From: a virus
Taxonomy: Duplodnaviria; Caudoviricetes
Reading direction: 5' to 3' (one strand)
DNA length: 64,000 bases
IMG/VR virus record: IMGVR_UViG_3300027759_000044
Shown piece after piece: positions 38,290-48,394 of this stretch. The notes under the pieces are model-generated. The model saw only the letters and a program-made list of their open reading frames with translations, made no database searches and was not told where the DNA came from. Both the position numbers and the translations under genes were made by a program. Position 1 is the stretch's first letter, and each line of letters opens with the position of its first letter.

Positions 38290-38822
38290 AAATAAATATT
38301 GGCAATTACCCTAGAAAAGGTAATCGTAGAAAAATCAATGTTCAAATTGATAGATTTGATACTTGGAGTACAGATCACACTCTAGCTACTATTATCTATC
38401 CAGCATTAATTCAACTAAAACAAACTAAACAGGGTATCCCTAGTGAGTTTGTAGATGTTGGTGGTGAAGAATATAGCACACAACAAAGCTTTGATTTCTA
38501 TATTGAATCACACGATGAGGCATGGAACGAAGGTGCTAAACGTTGGGATGAAACATTAGATAAAATGATTTGGGCCTTTCACCAAATCGCATTTGAAGAT
38601 TATGGGGACAAATATCACCATGGTAAAAGTGACTATGATTGGATTAAAACTGATAAAACATATCCCAATCCTCTGACAGGTAAAGTAGAAGATACATTTC
38701 AAATGGTTGATAAAAATCCCGATGACCACTTCTATGATGCTGAAGGGCATCAATTACACGAAGACCGTATCCAAGAAGGTTTGGATTTGTTTGGAAAATA
38801 TTTTAGAGCACTCTGGGATTAA
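38286..38822 (+). CDS. Hypothetical phage protein
   Basis: DTWS.DHTLA, W...LDKMIWAF, IQEGLDLFGKYF..LWD. Confidence 0.8.
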   Translation: MKINIGNYPRKGNRRKINVQIDRFDTWSTDHTLATIIYPALIQLKQTKQGIPSEFVDVGGEEYSTQQSFDFYIESHDEAWNEGAKRWDETLDKMIWAFHQIAFEDYGDKYHHGKSDYDWIKTDKTYPNPLTGKVEDTFQMVDKNPDDHFYDAEGHQLHEDRIQEGLDLFGKYFRALWD

Positions 38823-38823
38823 T

Positions 38824-39063
38824 ATGTTTGATAAAATGGCGCAACAACTAGATATACAAACTCTAAGTAAAGGTAGAAAAGATTTTAAGATTAGTAAACA
38901 AGAGTTTGATGATTTTTTCAAAGAGTTTCTGTTTGAGCAGATTAAAGGCAACTACAGAATAGGTGAAGCTTTTTGTAAAAAGTATGACGAACCAAATTAT
39001 GTACTAAGTATCTTACCCGATCGTAGTGCAAAAGCACATATTAAAAAATTCTACGTTAAATGA
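38824..39063 (+). CDS. Hypothetical protein
   Basis: Coupled ORF. Confidence 0.65.
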   Translation: MFDKMAQQLDIQTLSKGRKDFKISKQEFDDFFKEFLFEQIKGNYRIGEAFCKKYDEPNYVLSILPDRSAKAHIKKFYVK

Positions 39064-39560
39064 AACAAAAATTTATAGACTATTACATGGATATAGCTGA
39101 ACTAACAAGTAAGCTAAGTTCAGCCATTAGATTAAACGTTGGGGCAGTTATCGTTAAAGGTAACAAGATTTTAGGTACAGGGTACAACGGTATGCCAACT
39201 GGCTGGACTAATGAATGTGAATATAAAGAATACATGCCCGGTGATGTTTGGGACGGAGAGTTATATCCATTTGAAGAATATGATAGTACAGTTGAAAGTA
39301 ATCGTAGATATAGATTAGTTACTAAGGACGAAGTGTTACATGCAGAAATGAACGCAATCGCTAAAGTGTCCGCAAGTACCGAATCTAGTGAGGATGCTAC
39401 ATTGTTTATCACACACGCACCCTGCATACATTGTGCAAAAGCTATATATCAATCTGGTATCAAAAATGTATTCTACCGAGAAGCATATAGAGATACTAAA
39501 GGATTAGAATTTTTAGAACAAGGCAAAGTAAGTGTCACCCGATACACAATACAAAACTAG
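39060..39560 (+). CDS. dCMP deaminase family protein
   Basis: VGAVIV, GYNG, HAEMNA, PC..C. Confidence 0.92.
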   Translation: MKQKFIDYYMDIAELTSKLSSAIRLNVGAVIVKGNKILGTGYNGMPTGWTNECEYKEYMPGDVWDGELYPFEEYDSTVESNRRYRLVTKDEVLHAEMNAIAKVSASTESSEDATLFITHAPCIHCAKAIYQSGIKNVFYREAYRDTKGLEFLEQGKVSVTRYTIQN

Positions 39561-39732
39561 AATAACAATTGGTTACGGAGAATTAAAACCCGTGATTGAT
39601 TGGTGTCAAAGAAACTGTGCTAATGATTGGGGCTATGATTGTCAAGTGCCTGCAGGCCGTGATGGTGGATTATATGATTTCTATTTTGAAACTGAATCCG
39701 ACTACATAAACTTTATACTTTGGAAAAAATGA
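39532..39732 (+). CDS. Hypothetical protein
   Basis: WC..W..FYF..E.D..F.L.W pattern. Confidence 0.6.
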   Translation: MSPDTQYKTRITIGYGELKPVIDWCQRNCANDWGYDCQVPAGRDGGLYDFYFETESDYINFILWKK

Positions 39733-39998
39733 AATATTATACTTTTTACCGTGAGAACAACAATTTCACAGATATACTAACCGACAACAACATTAAGAAG
39801 GTTGTTGATATGAAAATATCATGGCATAGACACTTAATGATTGGGTTGAAGGAAGCTACTAATAGCGGAACATTTAGCTATATTACACTAAAGTATGGTG
39901 ATGAGATGATACCAAGTTTAACTAAAGATTATAGTCCAGTACCCGGTGTTGATTATATGCCTAAGAAAGATATCACTACGTTTGGACCTAAAGATTAA
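39729..39998 (+). CDS. Hypothetical protein
   Basis: ATGA-coupled. Confidence 0.65.
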   Translation: MKYYTFYRENNNFTDILTDNNIKKVVDMKISWHRHLMIGLKEATNSGTFSYITLKYGDEMIPSLTKDYSPVPGVDYMPKKDITTFGPKD

Positions 39999-40726
39999 TA
40001 AAGCATAGATAGCATCTTTGCTTCTGGGATACGAGTTGTAGTATTCTTTGAACCCAACAGGACTACAGTCCTGATTCCATTTGCTGTATCCATCATCATA
40101 ACAATACAACCACCGGCTTTGTTAATAAAGCCAGTTTTACTTACTAAGAATTTATAACCATGTCCTACTAGAGTATTGGTATTCTTAAATTCTGCTATTT
40201 TCTTTTTACCAATACTCCACCGTACAGCGTCCATATTACTTGCTTCTACTATTAATGGATAGGTGCTTGCGGCAAATACAAGTTTAATTAAATCGTGGGC
40301 TGTGCTGACGTTAGTATGCATTCTACCTGTAGGGTCTGTAAACATTGAGTTATTCATTTGTAATGACATTGCCTTAGCATTCATTGCTTCAATACAATTA
40401 TTATATCCGCCCGGATAGTAATCACATAATAGTTTAGCGGCATTGTTATCTGATTTGACTATTGCTAGATCAATTAATGTTTCTCTTGTTAGTTGTTTAT
40501 TGTATAGTTTTTTTGGAATAATTTCAGTTAGTGATTGTCCACTATCTAGTACAACCATAGCAGTCATTAGTTTAGTTATACTAGCGATGCTACGCACCTC
40601 AGTCATATTAGACCCTTCAAGTATTTTACCATTACTATCAGCCACTAACCAAGCCTGTGCTGTTAAAGGGTCGGCAAATACTGAAGTAATAGTTAGTGTT
40701 AGTATTGCTATAAGTTTTTTAATCAT
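39995..40726 (-). CDS. Peptidase S11 D-alanyl-D-alanine carboxy/endopeptidase (low-MW PBP)
   Basis: Signal peptide; SITK, SDN, KTG catalytic motifs. Confidence 0.92.
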   Translation of the reverse strand: MIKKLIAILTLTITSVFADPLTAQAWLVADSNGKILEGSNMTEVRSIASITKLMTAMVVLDSGQSLTEIIPKKLYNKQLTRETLIDLAIVKSDNNAAKLLCDYYPGGYNNCIEAMNAKAMSLQMNNSMFTDPTGRMHTNVSTAHDLIKLVFAASTYPLIVEASNMDAVRWSIGKKKIAEFKNTNTLVGHGYKFLVSKTGFINKAGGCIVMMMDTANGIRTVVLLGSKNTTTRIPEAKMLSMLY

Positions 40727-40735
40727 ATTATAAAT

Positions 40736-40981
40736 TTAAGGATAAGTCCAGCTATTTGATTCTGCGTCCCATACAGGGGGTGATGGTGGATAGAAGCTAA
40801 CCCAATTATGTGTTGTGTTATCCCATAGATATGGTTTACCATCTGATGGAGGATCAATTGGTGCTACCCATGAAACTTTTTCTTCATCCCAAATCCATGC
40901 ATCTGGATGAAAAGCATTATAAGCATTTTCTCTTACTTCTGCAATTTGTTCTGCGGTAGGTGTTATATTTTCTTGTATCAT
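40736..40981 (-). CDS. Small Trp/Pro-rich protein, possible fibre/adhesin accessory
   Basis: W.WDEE..W.APIDPP.DG..Y.WD repeats; last gene of the adhesin array. Confidence 0.6.
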   Translation of the reverse strand: MIQENITPTAEQIAEVRENAYNAFHPDAWIWDEEKVSWVAPIDPPSDGKPYLWDNTTHNWVSFYPPSPPVWDAESNSWTYP

Positions 40982-41005
40982 ATTTTTCCTTTGTGTTTAA
41001 ATTAT

Positions 41006-41947
41006 TTATATTAATGAATAGCTACAGGCTGCAAGATAATATCTAGCAGTACCAACACCAGTTACATCAGCAGAGACCACTCCGGTGTTTGACACTAAAT
41101 TAGTAAGTGCTGTTGAAGGTGAAACTCCATAACCAAATATACCTTTATCACCGCCGTAACCTGCGGCTGCTAGTCCAGATCTAGCGGTACCGACACCTGC
41201 AGTATCAGTAGCTACTACACCGGTGTTTGATACTAGATTATTTATTGATGATCCCGGAGAAGAACCTAAATATCCATATCCAAACATTGCTTGACCGGAA
41301 CTACCGTAACCAACGGCAGCTAGATATACTCTCGCAGTACCAACAGCAGTAGTATTAGAGGCAACTACACCCGTGTTTGATACTAAATTTGTTATTCCTG
41401 TATAACCAACACCACCATTGGTAGATCCAAATCCAAAAATAGCTTTATCAGTTCCATAACCAACGGCTGCTAGTTGTGTTCGTATCTGACCAATACCAGC
41501 TGTATCAGTAGCTACTACACCCGTGTTTGATACTTTGTTGGTTATTGCTGTAACAAACGGACTGAGACCGACTGTCCCAAATCCAAAAATAGCTTTATCA
41601 GTCCCGTACCCTGCGGCCGCAAGAAAACTTCTAGGTTCACTACTTGCATTGTATGTATTAGAGGCAACGATCCCCGTATTGCTTACTAGATTAGTATATG
41701 CGTAACTTAAGTCGCCAAAGGCAAATATACCTTTATCATACCCATAACCCGCAGCCGCTAGCCCACGTCTAGCAAAATCTACACCTGTAGTATCACTAGC
41801 TACTACTCCTGTATTATTTACTAGATTGGTTATTGCAGTATAAGTAGAGGGACTAGCAACTTGTCCATATCCAAATATAGCTCTTTGGGTAACCAGTTGA
41901 CTACTAACTGTTAGGTTTGCTAGTGTAAGGTTTGTAATAGTTGTCAT
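41006..41947 (-). CDS. Six-repeat Kelch-like beta-propeller protein 1
   Basis: 6x AIFG(Y/F)G..TNLVSNTGVVA.DT.GVGTAR..LAA.GYG. Confidence 0.8.
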   Translation of the reverse strand: MTTITNLTLANLTVSSQLVTQRAIFGYGQVASPSTYTAITNLVNNTGVVASDTTGVDFARRGLAAAGYGYDKGIFAFGDLSYAYTNLVSNTGIVASNTYNASSEPRSFLAAAGYGTDKAIFGFGTVGLSPFVTAITNKVSNTGVVATDTAGIGQIRTQLAAVGYGTDKAIFGFGSTNGGVGYTGITNLVSNTGVVASNTTAVGTARVYLAAVGYGSSGQAMFGYGYLGSSPGSSINNLVSNTGVVATDTAGVGTARSGLAAAGYGGDKGIFGYGVSPSTALTNLVSNTGVVSADVTGVGTARYYLAACSYSLI

Positions 41948-41960
41948 AATACTATCCTTT

Positions 41961-41994
41961 TTGTATAAATGTTTTTAATATTTTTCATATGATA
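41961..41994. repeat. 34-bp intergenic direct repeat, copy 1
   Basis: TTGTATAAATGTTTTTAATATTTTTCATATGATA, identical to 42984-43017. Confidence 0.9.
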
Positions 41995-42004
41995 CTTGAT
42001 AGCT

Positions 42005-42967
42005 TTATATTGCTCCAAATCCAAAACTTGCGGCTGCTAATTCAGTTCTTTGAGTACCAACACCTGTAACATCAGCAGAAACTACTCCGGTGTTACTTAC
42101 TAGATTTGTTAATGAATATACTGAAGGACTAACGAATCCATAACCAAATATAGCTTTATCACCACCGTACATAGCGGCTGCTGTTCCTTGTCTAGCAGTA
42201 CCCACACCAGCGGTATTGGTGGCTACTACACCGGTGTTTGATACTAGATTGGTTATTGCCGTAGTTGGGCCACCACCATAACCAAAAATAGCTTTGTCAT
42301 TGCCATAACCTGCGGCTGATAGTCTACTCCTAGCAGTACCTACCCCTGTAGTATCTGTCGCAACTACACCCGTGTTTGATACTAGGTTGGTTAATGAATA
42401 AGATGCCGGAAGCACGTTATTTTCCCCGTATCCAAAAATAGCTTTATCAGTACCATACATTGCGGCAGCAAGGCCAAATCTGACAGTACCAACACCTGTA
42501 GTATCACTAGCTACTACACCTGTGTTTGATACTAGGTTAGTTATCGATGTACTAAACGGGGATGCATCAATTGATCCATAACCAAAAATAGCTTGACCAG
42601 TACTTCCATATCCTGAGGCTGCAAGCAAACTTCTAGCAGTACCAACACCTGTAGTATCTGTAGCAACTACGCCGGTGTTTGATACTAGGTTAGTAATTGA
42701 TTTGTTAACATTTGTAGTTCCATATCCAAATATAGCTTTATCAGTACCATAACCTGCAGCTGCTAGACTTATTCTAGCAGTACCAACTCCGGTAGTATCA
42801 GTAGCTACTACACCTGTGTTTGAAACTTTGTTGGATATTGATACTTGGCCGAGGTAGTTGTTAGTAGTAGTTCCATATCCAAATATAGCAACAGCATTAT
42901 AACCTGTTACAGGATCGAATGTCATTCCACCGGTAATAGTAATATTTTCAAAAGTTACTTGAGCCAT
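42005..42967 (-). CDS. Six-repeat Kelch-like beta-propeller protein 2
   Basis: 6 repeats as above. Confidence 0.8.
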   Translation of the reverse strand: MAQVTFENITITGGMTFDPVTGYNAVAIFGYGTTTNNYLGQVSISNKVSNTGVVATDTTGVGTARISLAAAGYGTDKAIFGYGTTNVNKSITNLVSNTGVVATDTTGVGTARSLLAASGYGSTGQAIFGYGSIDASPFSTSITNLVSNTGVVASDTTGVGTVRFGLAAAMYGTDKAIFGYGENNVLPASYSLTNLVSNTGVVATDTTGVGTARSRLSAAGYGNDKAIFGYGGGPTTAITNLVSNTGVVATNTAGVGTARQGTAAAMYGGDKAIFGYGFVSPSVYSLTNLVSNTGVVSADVTGVGTQRTELAAASFGFGAI

Positions 42968-42983
42968 AATACTATCTCCTGTG

Positions 42984-43017
42984 TTGTATAAATGTTTTTA
43001 ATATTTTTCATATGATA
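42984..43017. repeat. 34-bp intergenic direct repeat, copy 2
   Basis: Identical to 41961-41994. Confidence 0.9.
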
Positions 43018-43020
43018 GTT

Positions 43021-43974
43021 TTAGGTTAAACCATATCCTGCAGCCGCAATTCCATATCTAGCAGTACCAACTCCTGTTGTGTTTGAGGCGACAACACCAG
43101 TGTTTGATACTAGATTAGTAGTTGACACACCTGGATTACTTGTGATAATACCGTAACCAAATATAGCTTTATCCACACCGTAAGTTGCGGCTGCAATCCA
43201 GCCCCTATAAGTGCCGGCATTGGAAATATCAGTGGCTACTATCCCTGTGTTTGATACTAAATTAGTATATGTAGTTCCGGATGAACTCATATATCCAAAT
43301 CCAAATATAGCCTTATCAATACCATAACCTGCGGCTCCAAGTCGATATTTAGGAGTACCAACACCTGCAGTGTCAGTTGCCACCACTCCTGTGTTTGATA
43401 CTAAATTGGTTATTGCTATTGCAATAGAGATTGAATTTTCACCAAATCCAAATATAGCTTGACCGCTTGAACCATATGTTGCGGCTGCTGGGTTTTGCCT
43501 AGTAGTACCAACCCCTGCCGTATCAGCAGCAACAATACCGGTATTTGACACAAGGTTGGTTGTTGCTACAGCACCAGCTAGACTATTAACCCCAAAGCCA
43601 AATATAGCTTTATCAGTACCGTATCCAGAAGCCGCAATTTGATATCTGCCACTCGCACTAGCATTTGTGACATCAGCAGAAACCACTCCGGTGTTTGACA
43701 CTAGATTGGTAATTGTTGTTACTCCGGAGCCTGGTCTACCAAATCCAAATATAGCCTTATCAGTTCCATAACCTGCGGCCGCCAATGAAAATCTACCAGT
43801 GCCTGTAACTGCCGCCTGATCATCAGAAACTACGCCAGTGTTTGATACTAGATTAGTGATAGCTAATCCAGCAAGTTGGTTAATAGTACCAAACCCAAAT
43901 ATAGCAAACTGAGTGGTAGGCTGTGCATAGAACGTAAGCCCTGCTGTAAATAGTATTCCTGGAGTAATAATCAT
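43021..43974 (-). CDS. Six-repeat Kelch-like beta-propeller protein 3
   Basis: 6 repeats as above. Confidence 0.8.
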   Translation of the reverse strand: MIITPGILFTAGLTFYAQPTTQFAIFGFGTINQLAGLAITNLVSNTGVVSDDQAAVTGTGRFSLAAAGYGTDKAIFGFGRPGSGVTTITNLVSNTGVVSADVTNASASGRYQIAASGYGTDKAIFGFGVNSLAGAVATTNLVSNTGIVAADTAGVGTTRQNPAAATYGSSGQAIFGFGENSISIAIAITNLVSNTGVVATDTAGVGTPKYRLGAAGYGIDKAIFGFGYMSSSGTTYTNLVSNTGIVATDISNAGTYRGWIAAATYGVDKAIFGYGIITSNPGVSTTNLVSNTGVVASNTTGVGTARYGIAAAGYGLT

Positions 43975-44025
43975 AATAATATCTCTTGTAGTATATTTAT
44001 GATTTAAAATTTGATGTGATTAACT

Positions 44026-44346
44026 TTAAATACCAACACCTAGCTTATAATTTAATATTTTGATATCAGTGCCCATACCAACAACACAACTTAAATCGTT
44101 TTTAGTAGCAACTATCGTCCAATTGTTATCAATCGGGTTCATCCAAATACTTACTACTGAATTAGCTTCATCACTGGCTTTTCCAGACATTACAGGAAAT
44201 TCTTTATATTTTTCTCTAAGACTTTTAAATATTTCTTTTGTGTTATAGCAGGGTAAATCTATTGATATAGATTCTTCTATTTCTTGTGAATAGGAGCTAG
44301 TTGATAGTCCTAAAAACATAATTACAAGTAGATAAGTTAATTTCAA
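44026..44346 (-). CDS. Secreted hypothetical protein
   Basis: Signal peptide; two Cys. Confidence 0.7.
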   Translation of the reverse strand: MKLTYLLVIMFLGLSTSSYSQEIEESISIDLPCYNTKEIFKSLREKYKEFPVMSGKASDEANSVVSIWMNPIDNNWTIVATKNDLSCVVGMGTDIKILNYKLGVGI

Positions 44347-44408
44347 AAAATTCTCCTAGTCGTAGTAGTATAACATAGTAGAGATAAATGTGCTAATCAC
44401 ATTTACCC

Positions 44409-47400
44409 TTATACGGTTAACGAATAGCTTGCGGCTGCAAGGTTAATTCTAGCAGTACCGATACCTGAAGTATCACTAGCCATTACACCTGTATTTGATA
44501 CTAAGTTAGTTATTGTTACATATGTACCTACAGCTATACCATAACCAAAAATAGCTTTATCACCACCATAGCCTGCGGCTGCAAGGTTATATCTAGCAGT
44601 ACCGATAGTTGTTGTATTACTAGCAACCACACCTGTATTTGATACTAGATTAGTGACTGAATATCGTTGATTTAATTGAATACTATATCCAAATCCAAAT
44701 ATAGCTTTATCGCCGCCATAACCTGCGGCTGCTAAACCAGATCTGGCAGTACCTACACCTGTAGTATCAGTCGCAACTACACCTACGCTTGATACTTTGT
44801 TGGTCATTGATACTGCATCGGGATACTTATTACCTAGGTAGGTAAATTGTGCTTGTCCATAACCAAATATAGCTTTATTACCACCATAAGTTGCGGCTGC
44901 AAGGCCCGATCTAGCAGTACCTACACCTGCAGTATCTGTGGCAATTACACCTAGATTTGATACTTTGTTGCTTATTGATATGTAAGTATTGCTAGAGCCA
45001 CCTTCTCCGTAACCGTATATGGCCAAGCCAACACCATACATAGCGGCTGCAACACCTCGTCTAGCAGTACCAACATTTGAGATATCTCCTGCAACAACTC
45101 CTGTATTTGAAACTAAATTTGTTATGTTATATCCAGTACCAGATTGTCCACCATAAGCAAACATAGCTTGACCAGTTGTACCATATCCTGTGCCTGCTAG
45201 AAAGGCTCTACTGGTTCCAACTCCAGTAGTGTCACTAGCAACAATTCCATAATATGATACTAGGTTAGTCATACGCACGTATGTAGTGGGGCTAGTCATT
45301 CCAAATCCAAAAATAGCGTTTTTAGCACCTGCGGGTGCCGCACTTGTTGTAATACTGTTACTTGCCGCACTTGGACTACCAGTACCTACACTATTTGTTG
45401 CTGTAACGGTAAATGTATAACTTGTACTAGGCACTAATCTAGTCACACTAATAGTACCTGATCCAGCTTGGGTTAATGTACCGGTAATATTACCAGGATT
45501 ACTTGTTGCGGTGTATCTTATAATAGTAGCACCACCATTAAATGCCGGCGCAGTATATACTACATTAGCAGTTTGATCGCTTGTGGCTGTAGCAGTTCCT
45601 ATTGTTGGAGCATTTGGAGGACCATTATTAGTAGTAATACTATTACTTGCCGAGCTCGGTGAGCTAGTACCAGCACTATTGGTTGCAGTTACGGTAAAGG
45701 TGTAAGCTGTAGCCGATGTTAATCCAGTGACACTAATAACACCACCGACTGCTTGATTTACTGTACCGGTAATACCACCGGGACTACTTGTTGCTGTATA
45801 ACTTGTTATAGATGTGCCTCCAGCATTTAATGGAGCAGAAAATTCTACATATGCACCAGTACTTCCGTTTGTATAAGCAATGATTGAAGTCGGCGATCCT
45901 GGTGCAATTGGTTGAATAGCTGATGTATTATTAGAATTTGCAGATGATGCTCCGTATGGATTAGTTCCAGTCACTACGCATCTTATTACATTAAACACAT
46001 CAAATGATGTTAAAATATATGTATTACTTGTGGCAAGAGATATATTAACTCCGTTACGTTGCCACTGATATGAATACTCCGGTGTAGGAGTACCCGTCCA
46101 AGTACCGGTACTACATGATAGTACTGATTCATAACTTTGTGTACCACTAATTGCAGGTGCTACTGTATTAACTGGTACTGTATAAGTTGTAATGCTATTA
46201 CTTGCACTACTTGGACTACCTGTTCCTACACTATTTGTAGCAGTAACTGTAAAGGTATAGCTAGTACCTGTAGTTAATCCATTTACAATAATAGTACCAG
46301 ATCCTGCTTGAGTTAATGTACCAGTAATACCACCCGGAGTACTTGTTGCGGTGTAACTTTGTATGATTGAACCACCATTACTTGTTGGTGCAGTAAATGC
46401 CACAGTTGCAGTAGTTAAACTTGTAGGTGTTGCAGTTCCTATTATAGGAGCATCTGGTACAATTGGAGCCACAGTAGAAGTAGAGTTAGAAATTTCAGAC
46501 GAATTTCCGTAAATATTAGTTCCGGTTACGACACATCTAATTGTATTTTCAGCATCTGATGCTACTAATGTATATGTACTAGAGGTAGCACCTCCTATAT
46601 TAGACGCACTACGTTGCCATTGATATGTATATGTTATTGGAGATGAACCAAGCCAAGTACCATTAGTAGTTGATAAAATTTGACCTACGGTAGCTGTCCC
46701 ACTTACAACAGGTGCTACAGTATTAAACGGAGCACTATATGCAGTAATACTATTACTTGATGCACTTGGTGAGCCAGTACCTATAATATTAGTAGCAGTT
46801 ACTCTAAATGTGTAACTAGTGTCTATTGTCAATCCAGTTACTGTAATATTACCACTACCTGATTGAGTTACTGTACCAGTGAGTCCACCCGGACTACTTG
46901 TCGCTGTATAGCTTAATATAGTAGAGCCACCATTATTAACAGGTGCGGTAAAATCTACTGTAGCTGATGTAGTTATAGCCGTAGCATTAACCCCTGTAGG
47001 AGCTCCAGGTGCAATTGGAGATATATTAGAAGTAGCATTAGAATTCGCTAAATTTGATCCAGCTGAATTAGTTCCGGTCACTACACATCTAATTGGATTT
47101 TCAGCATCAGCATCTACTAAAATATATGTACTAGCTGTTGCACTAGATATATTAACTCCGTTACGTTGCCATTGATATGTAAATACTATAGTCGGTGTGC
47201 CCGTCCAAGTACCATTTGTTGTTGACAGTGTTTGTCCAACTGTTGTTGTTCCAGTAACTACCGGAGCAACTGTATTAAGTGGTCCAGCACCCGGAGTAGC
47301 AATAATATTGCTTGGTAAACTAGGGGAACTGATACCAATACTATTTGTTGCAGTTACTCTAAAGGTATAACTAGTAGCTGGTGTTAATCCATCAACAGTA

Positions 47401-47642
47401 ATAGTACCAGATCCTGCTTGGTTCAACGTTCCAGTAATACCACCCGGACTACTGGTTGCTATATATTTTAATATAGTAGAACCTCCATTGTCAGATGGAG
47501 CGGTATATGATACATTAGCTGATGTTGGGATGTTGGAGAATGCTGTACCTATTATAGGATTATTCGGTATGGTTGTGCCGATAGCAGGTGTTATAATAAC
47601 ACTACCAGCTATATTGATACCGGGCCCGATAGATAAAGACAT
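44409..47642 (-). CDS. Large adhesin: (Fn3-Ig)x3, Fn3, Fn3, then a six-repeat propeller
   Basis: P.AP..G..YTFTVTATN.G (Fn3), P.NTVAP..YQWQR..IRCVVTGTN (Ig-like), C-terminal 6 repeats. Confidence 0.85.
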   Translation of the reverse strand: MSLSIGPGINIAGSVIITPAIGTTIPNNPIIGTAFSNIPTSANVSYTAPSDNGGSTILKYIATSSPGGITGTLNQAGSGTITVDGLTPATSYTFRVTATNSIGISSPSLPSNIIATPGAGPLNTVAPVVTGTTTVGQTLSTTNGTWTGTPTIVFTYQWQRNGVNISSATASTYILVDADAENPIRCVVTGTNSAGSNLANSNATSNISPIAPGAPTGVNATAITTSATVDFTAPVNNGGSTILSYTATSSPGGLTGTVTQSGSGNITVTGLTIDTSYTFRVTATNIIGTGSPSASSNSITAYSAPFNTVAPVVSGTATVGQILSTTNGTWLGSSPITYTYQWQRSASNIGGATSSTYTLVASDAENTIRCVVTGTNIYGNSSEISNSTSTVAPIVPDAPIIGTATPTSLTTATVAFTAPTSNGGSIIQSYTATSTPGGITGTLTQAGSGTIIVNGLTTGTSYTFTVTATNSVGTGSPSSASNSITTYTVPVNTVAPAISGTQSYESVLSCSTGTWTGTPTPEYSYQWQRNGVNISLATSNTYILTSFDVFNVIRCVVTGTNPYGASSANSNNTSAIQPIAPGSPTSIIAYTNGSTGAYVEFSAPLNAGGTSITSYTATSSPGGITGTVNQAVGGVISVTGLTSATAYTFTVTATNSAGTSSPSSASNSITTNNGPPNAPTIGTATATSDQTANVVYTAPAFNGGATIIRYTATSNPGNITGTLTQAGSGTISVTRLVPSTSYTFTVTATNSVGTGSPSAASNSITTSAAPAGAKNAIFGFGMTSPTTYVRMTNLVSYYGIVASDTTGVGTSRAFLAGTGYGTTGQAMFAYGGQSGTGYNITNLVSNTGVVAGDISNVGTARRGVAAAMYGVGLAIYGYGEGGSSNTYISISNKVSNLGVIATDTAGVGTARSGLAAATYGGNKAIFGYGQAQFTYLGNKYPDAVSMTNKVSSVGVVATDTTGVGTARSGLAAAGYGGDKAIFGFGYSIQLNQRYSVTNLVSNTGVVASNTTTIGTARYNLAAAGYGGDKAIFGYGIAVGTYVTITNLVSNTGVMASDTSGIGTARINLAAASYSLTV

Positions 47643-47682
47643 GAAATTACCTTTTATGTAAGTTTAATAGTATTTATGACAA

Positions 47683-47704
47683 TAAAAAAGGCTCCGTAGA
47701 GCCT
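47683..47704 (-). terminator. Rho-independent terminator (minus strand)
   Basis: AGGCTC-TACG-GAGCCT-TTTTT on the minus strand. Confidence 0.8.
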
Positions 47705-47722
47705 AATTTGATTATAATGCCG

Positions 47723-48394
47723 TTATGTTGTTTTATTCTCATTAGCGGCTGATTCAATAGTCTGTACTTCATTTGTCTGTATACTATTATCTGAAGGTGA
47801 TTGATTGGTTAACTCTAACATAATATCTTTTTGTTCTAACAATACAGTACCTTGTGGAACAAGCCCAATTTGCATTAATGCATTTAATGTTTGAGGATTA
47901 CTCATAGCATTTAATAGTTTAGCTGGACTAGGTCTACCCAAAGCAATGATTTCTGATTGTATCTCACGACCAACTGTTACTGTAAACTCATAATTAGCAT
48001 TAGCTTCAAACATTTCGTCATCAGTATATGGTGTCCCATCTTCATGTTTCAAGCGTGTTGGTTCAACTTCAGCATACAGTTCAGCCATATATTTTTCTAG
48101 TATTTTAATCTCTTTACGATTAAGTTCAAAAGCATGTCTTTGGTCCTCTAAATGTGATTCTAATTCAAGGATTTCTGCTTGTAAATTAAGTAATATGTGA
48201 GGTAGTGCAGGTACTGTTTTTAAGTGTTTCATTTCTTCAAGTTTAGCTTGATATTTTAATTCGGCACATTCTTCTAGTACTGCGGCACGTGTTCTGCCGA
48301 CATAGAAGCCTTGAAGTGTTTTGATTTTTTCCCAGGGTGTTGAACCGATAACTTGGTAACGGTAGTTGAATTCTGAATTTAGATTTGATGCCAT
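47723..48394 (-). CDS. Coiled-coil hypothetical protein heading the propeller locus
   Basis: 223 aa, helical; TATAAATA late motif at 48424-48431 (minus). Confidence 0.8.
   Translation of the reverse strand: MASNLNSEFNYRYQVIGSTPWEKIKTLQGFYVGRTRAAVLEECAELKYQAKLEEMKHLKTVPALPHILLNLQAEILELESHLEDQRHAFELNRKEIKILEKYMAELYAEVEPTRLKHEDGTPYTDDEMFEANANYEFTVTVGREIQSEIIALGRPSPAKLLNAMSNPQTLNALMQIGLVPQGTVLLEQKDIMLELTNQSPSDNSIQTNEVQTIESAANENKTT

Noticed and set aside
41006-47642. Diversity-generating retroelement acting on the propeller genes
   Set aside because: No reverse transcriptase or non-coding template repeat in the window; variation includes indels and is not obviously adenine-specific. An RT elsewhere in the genome cannot be excluded
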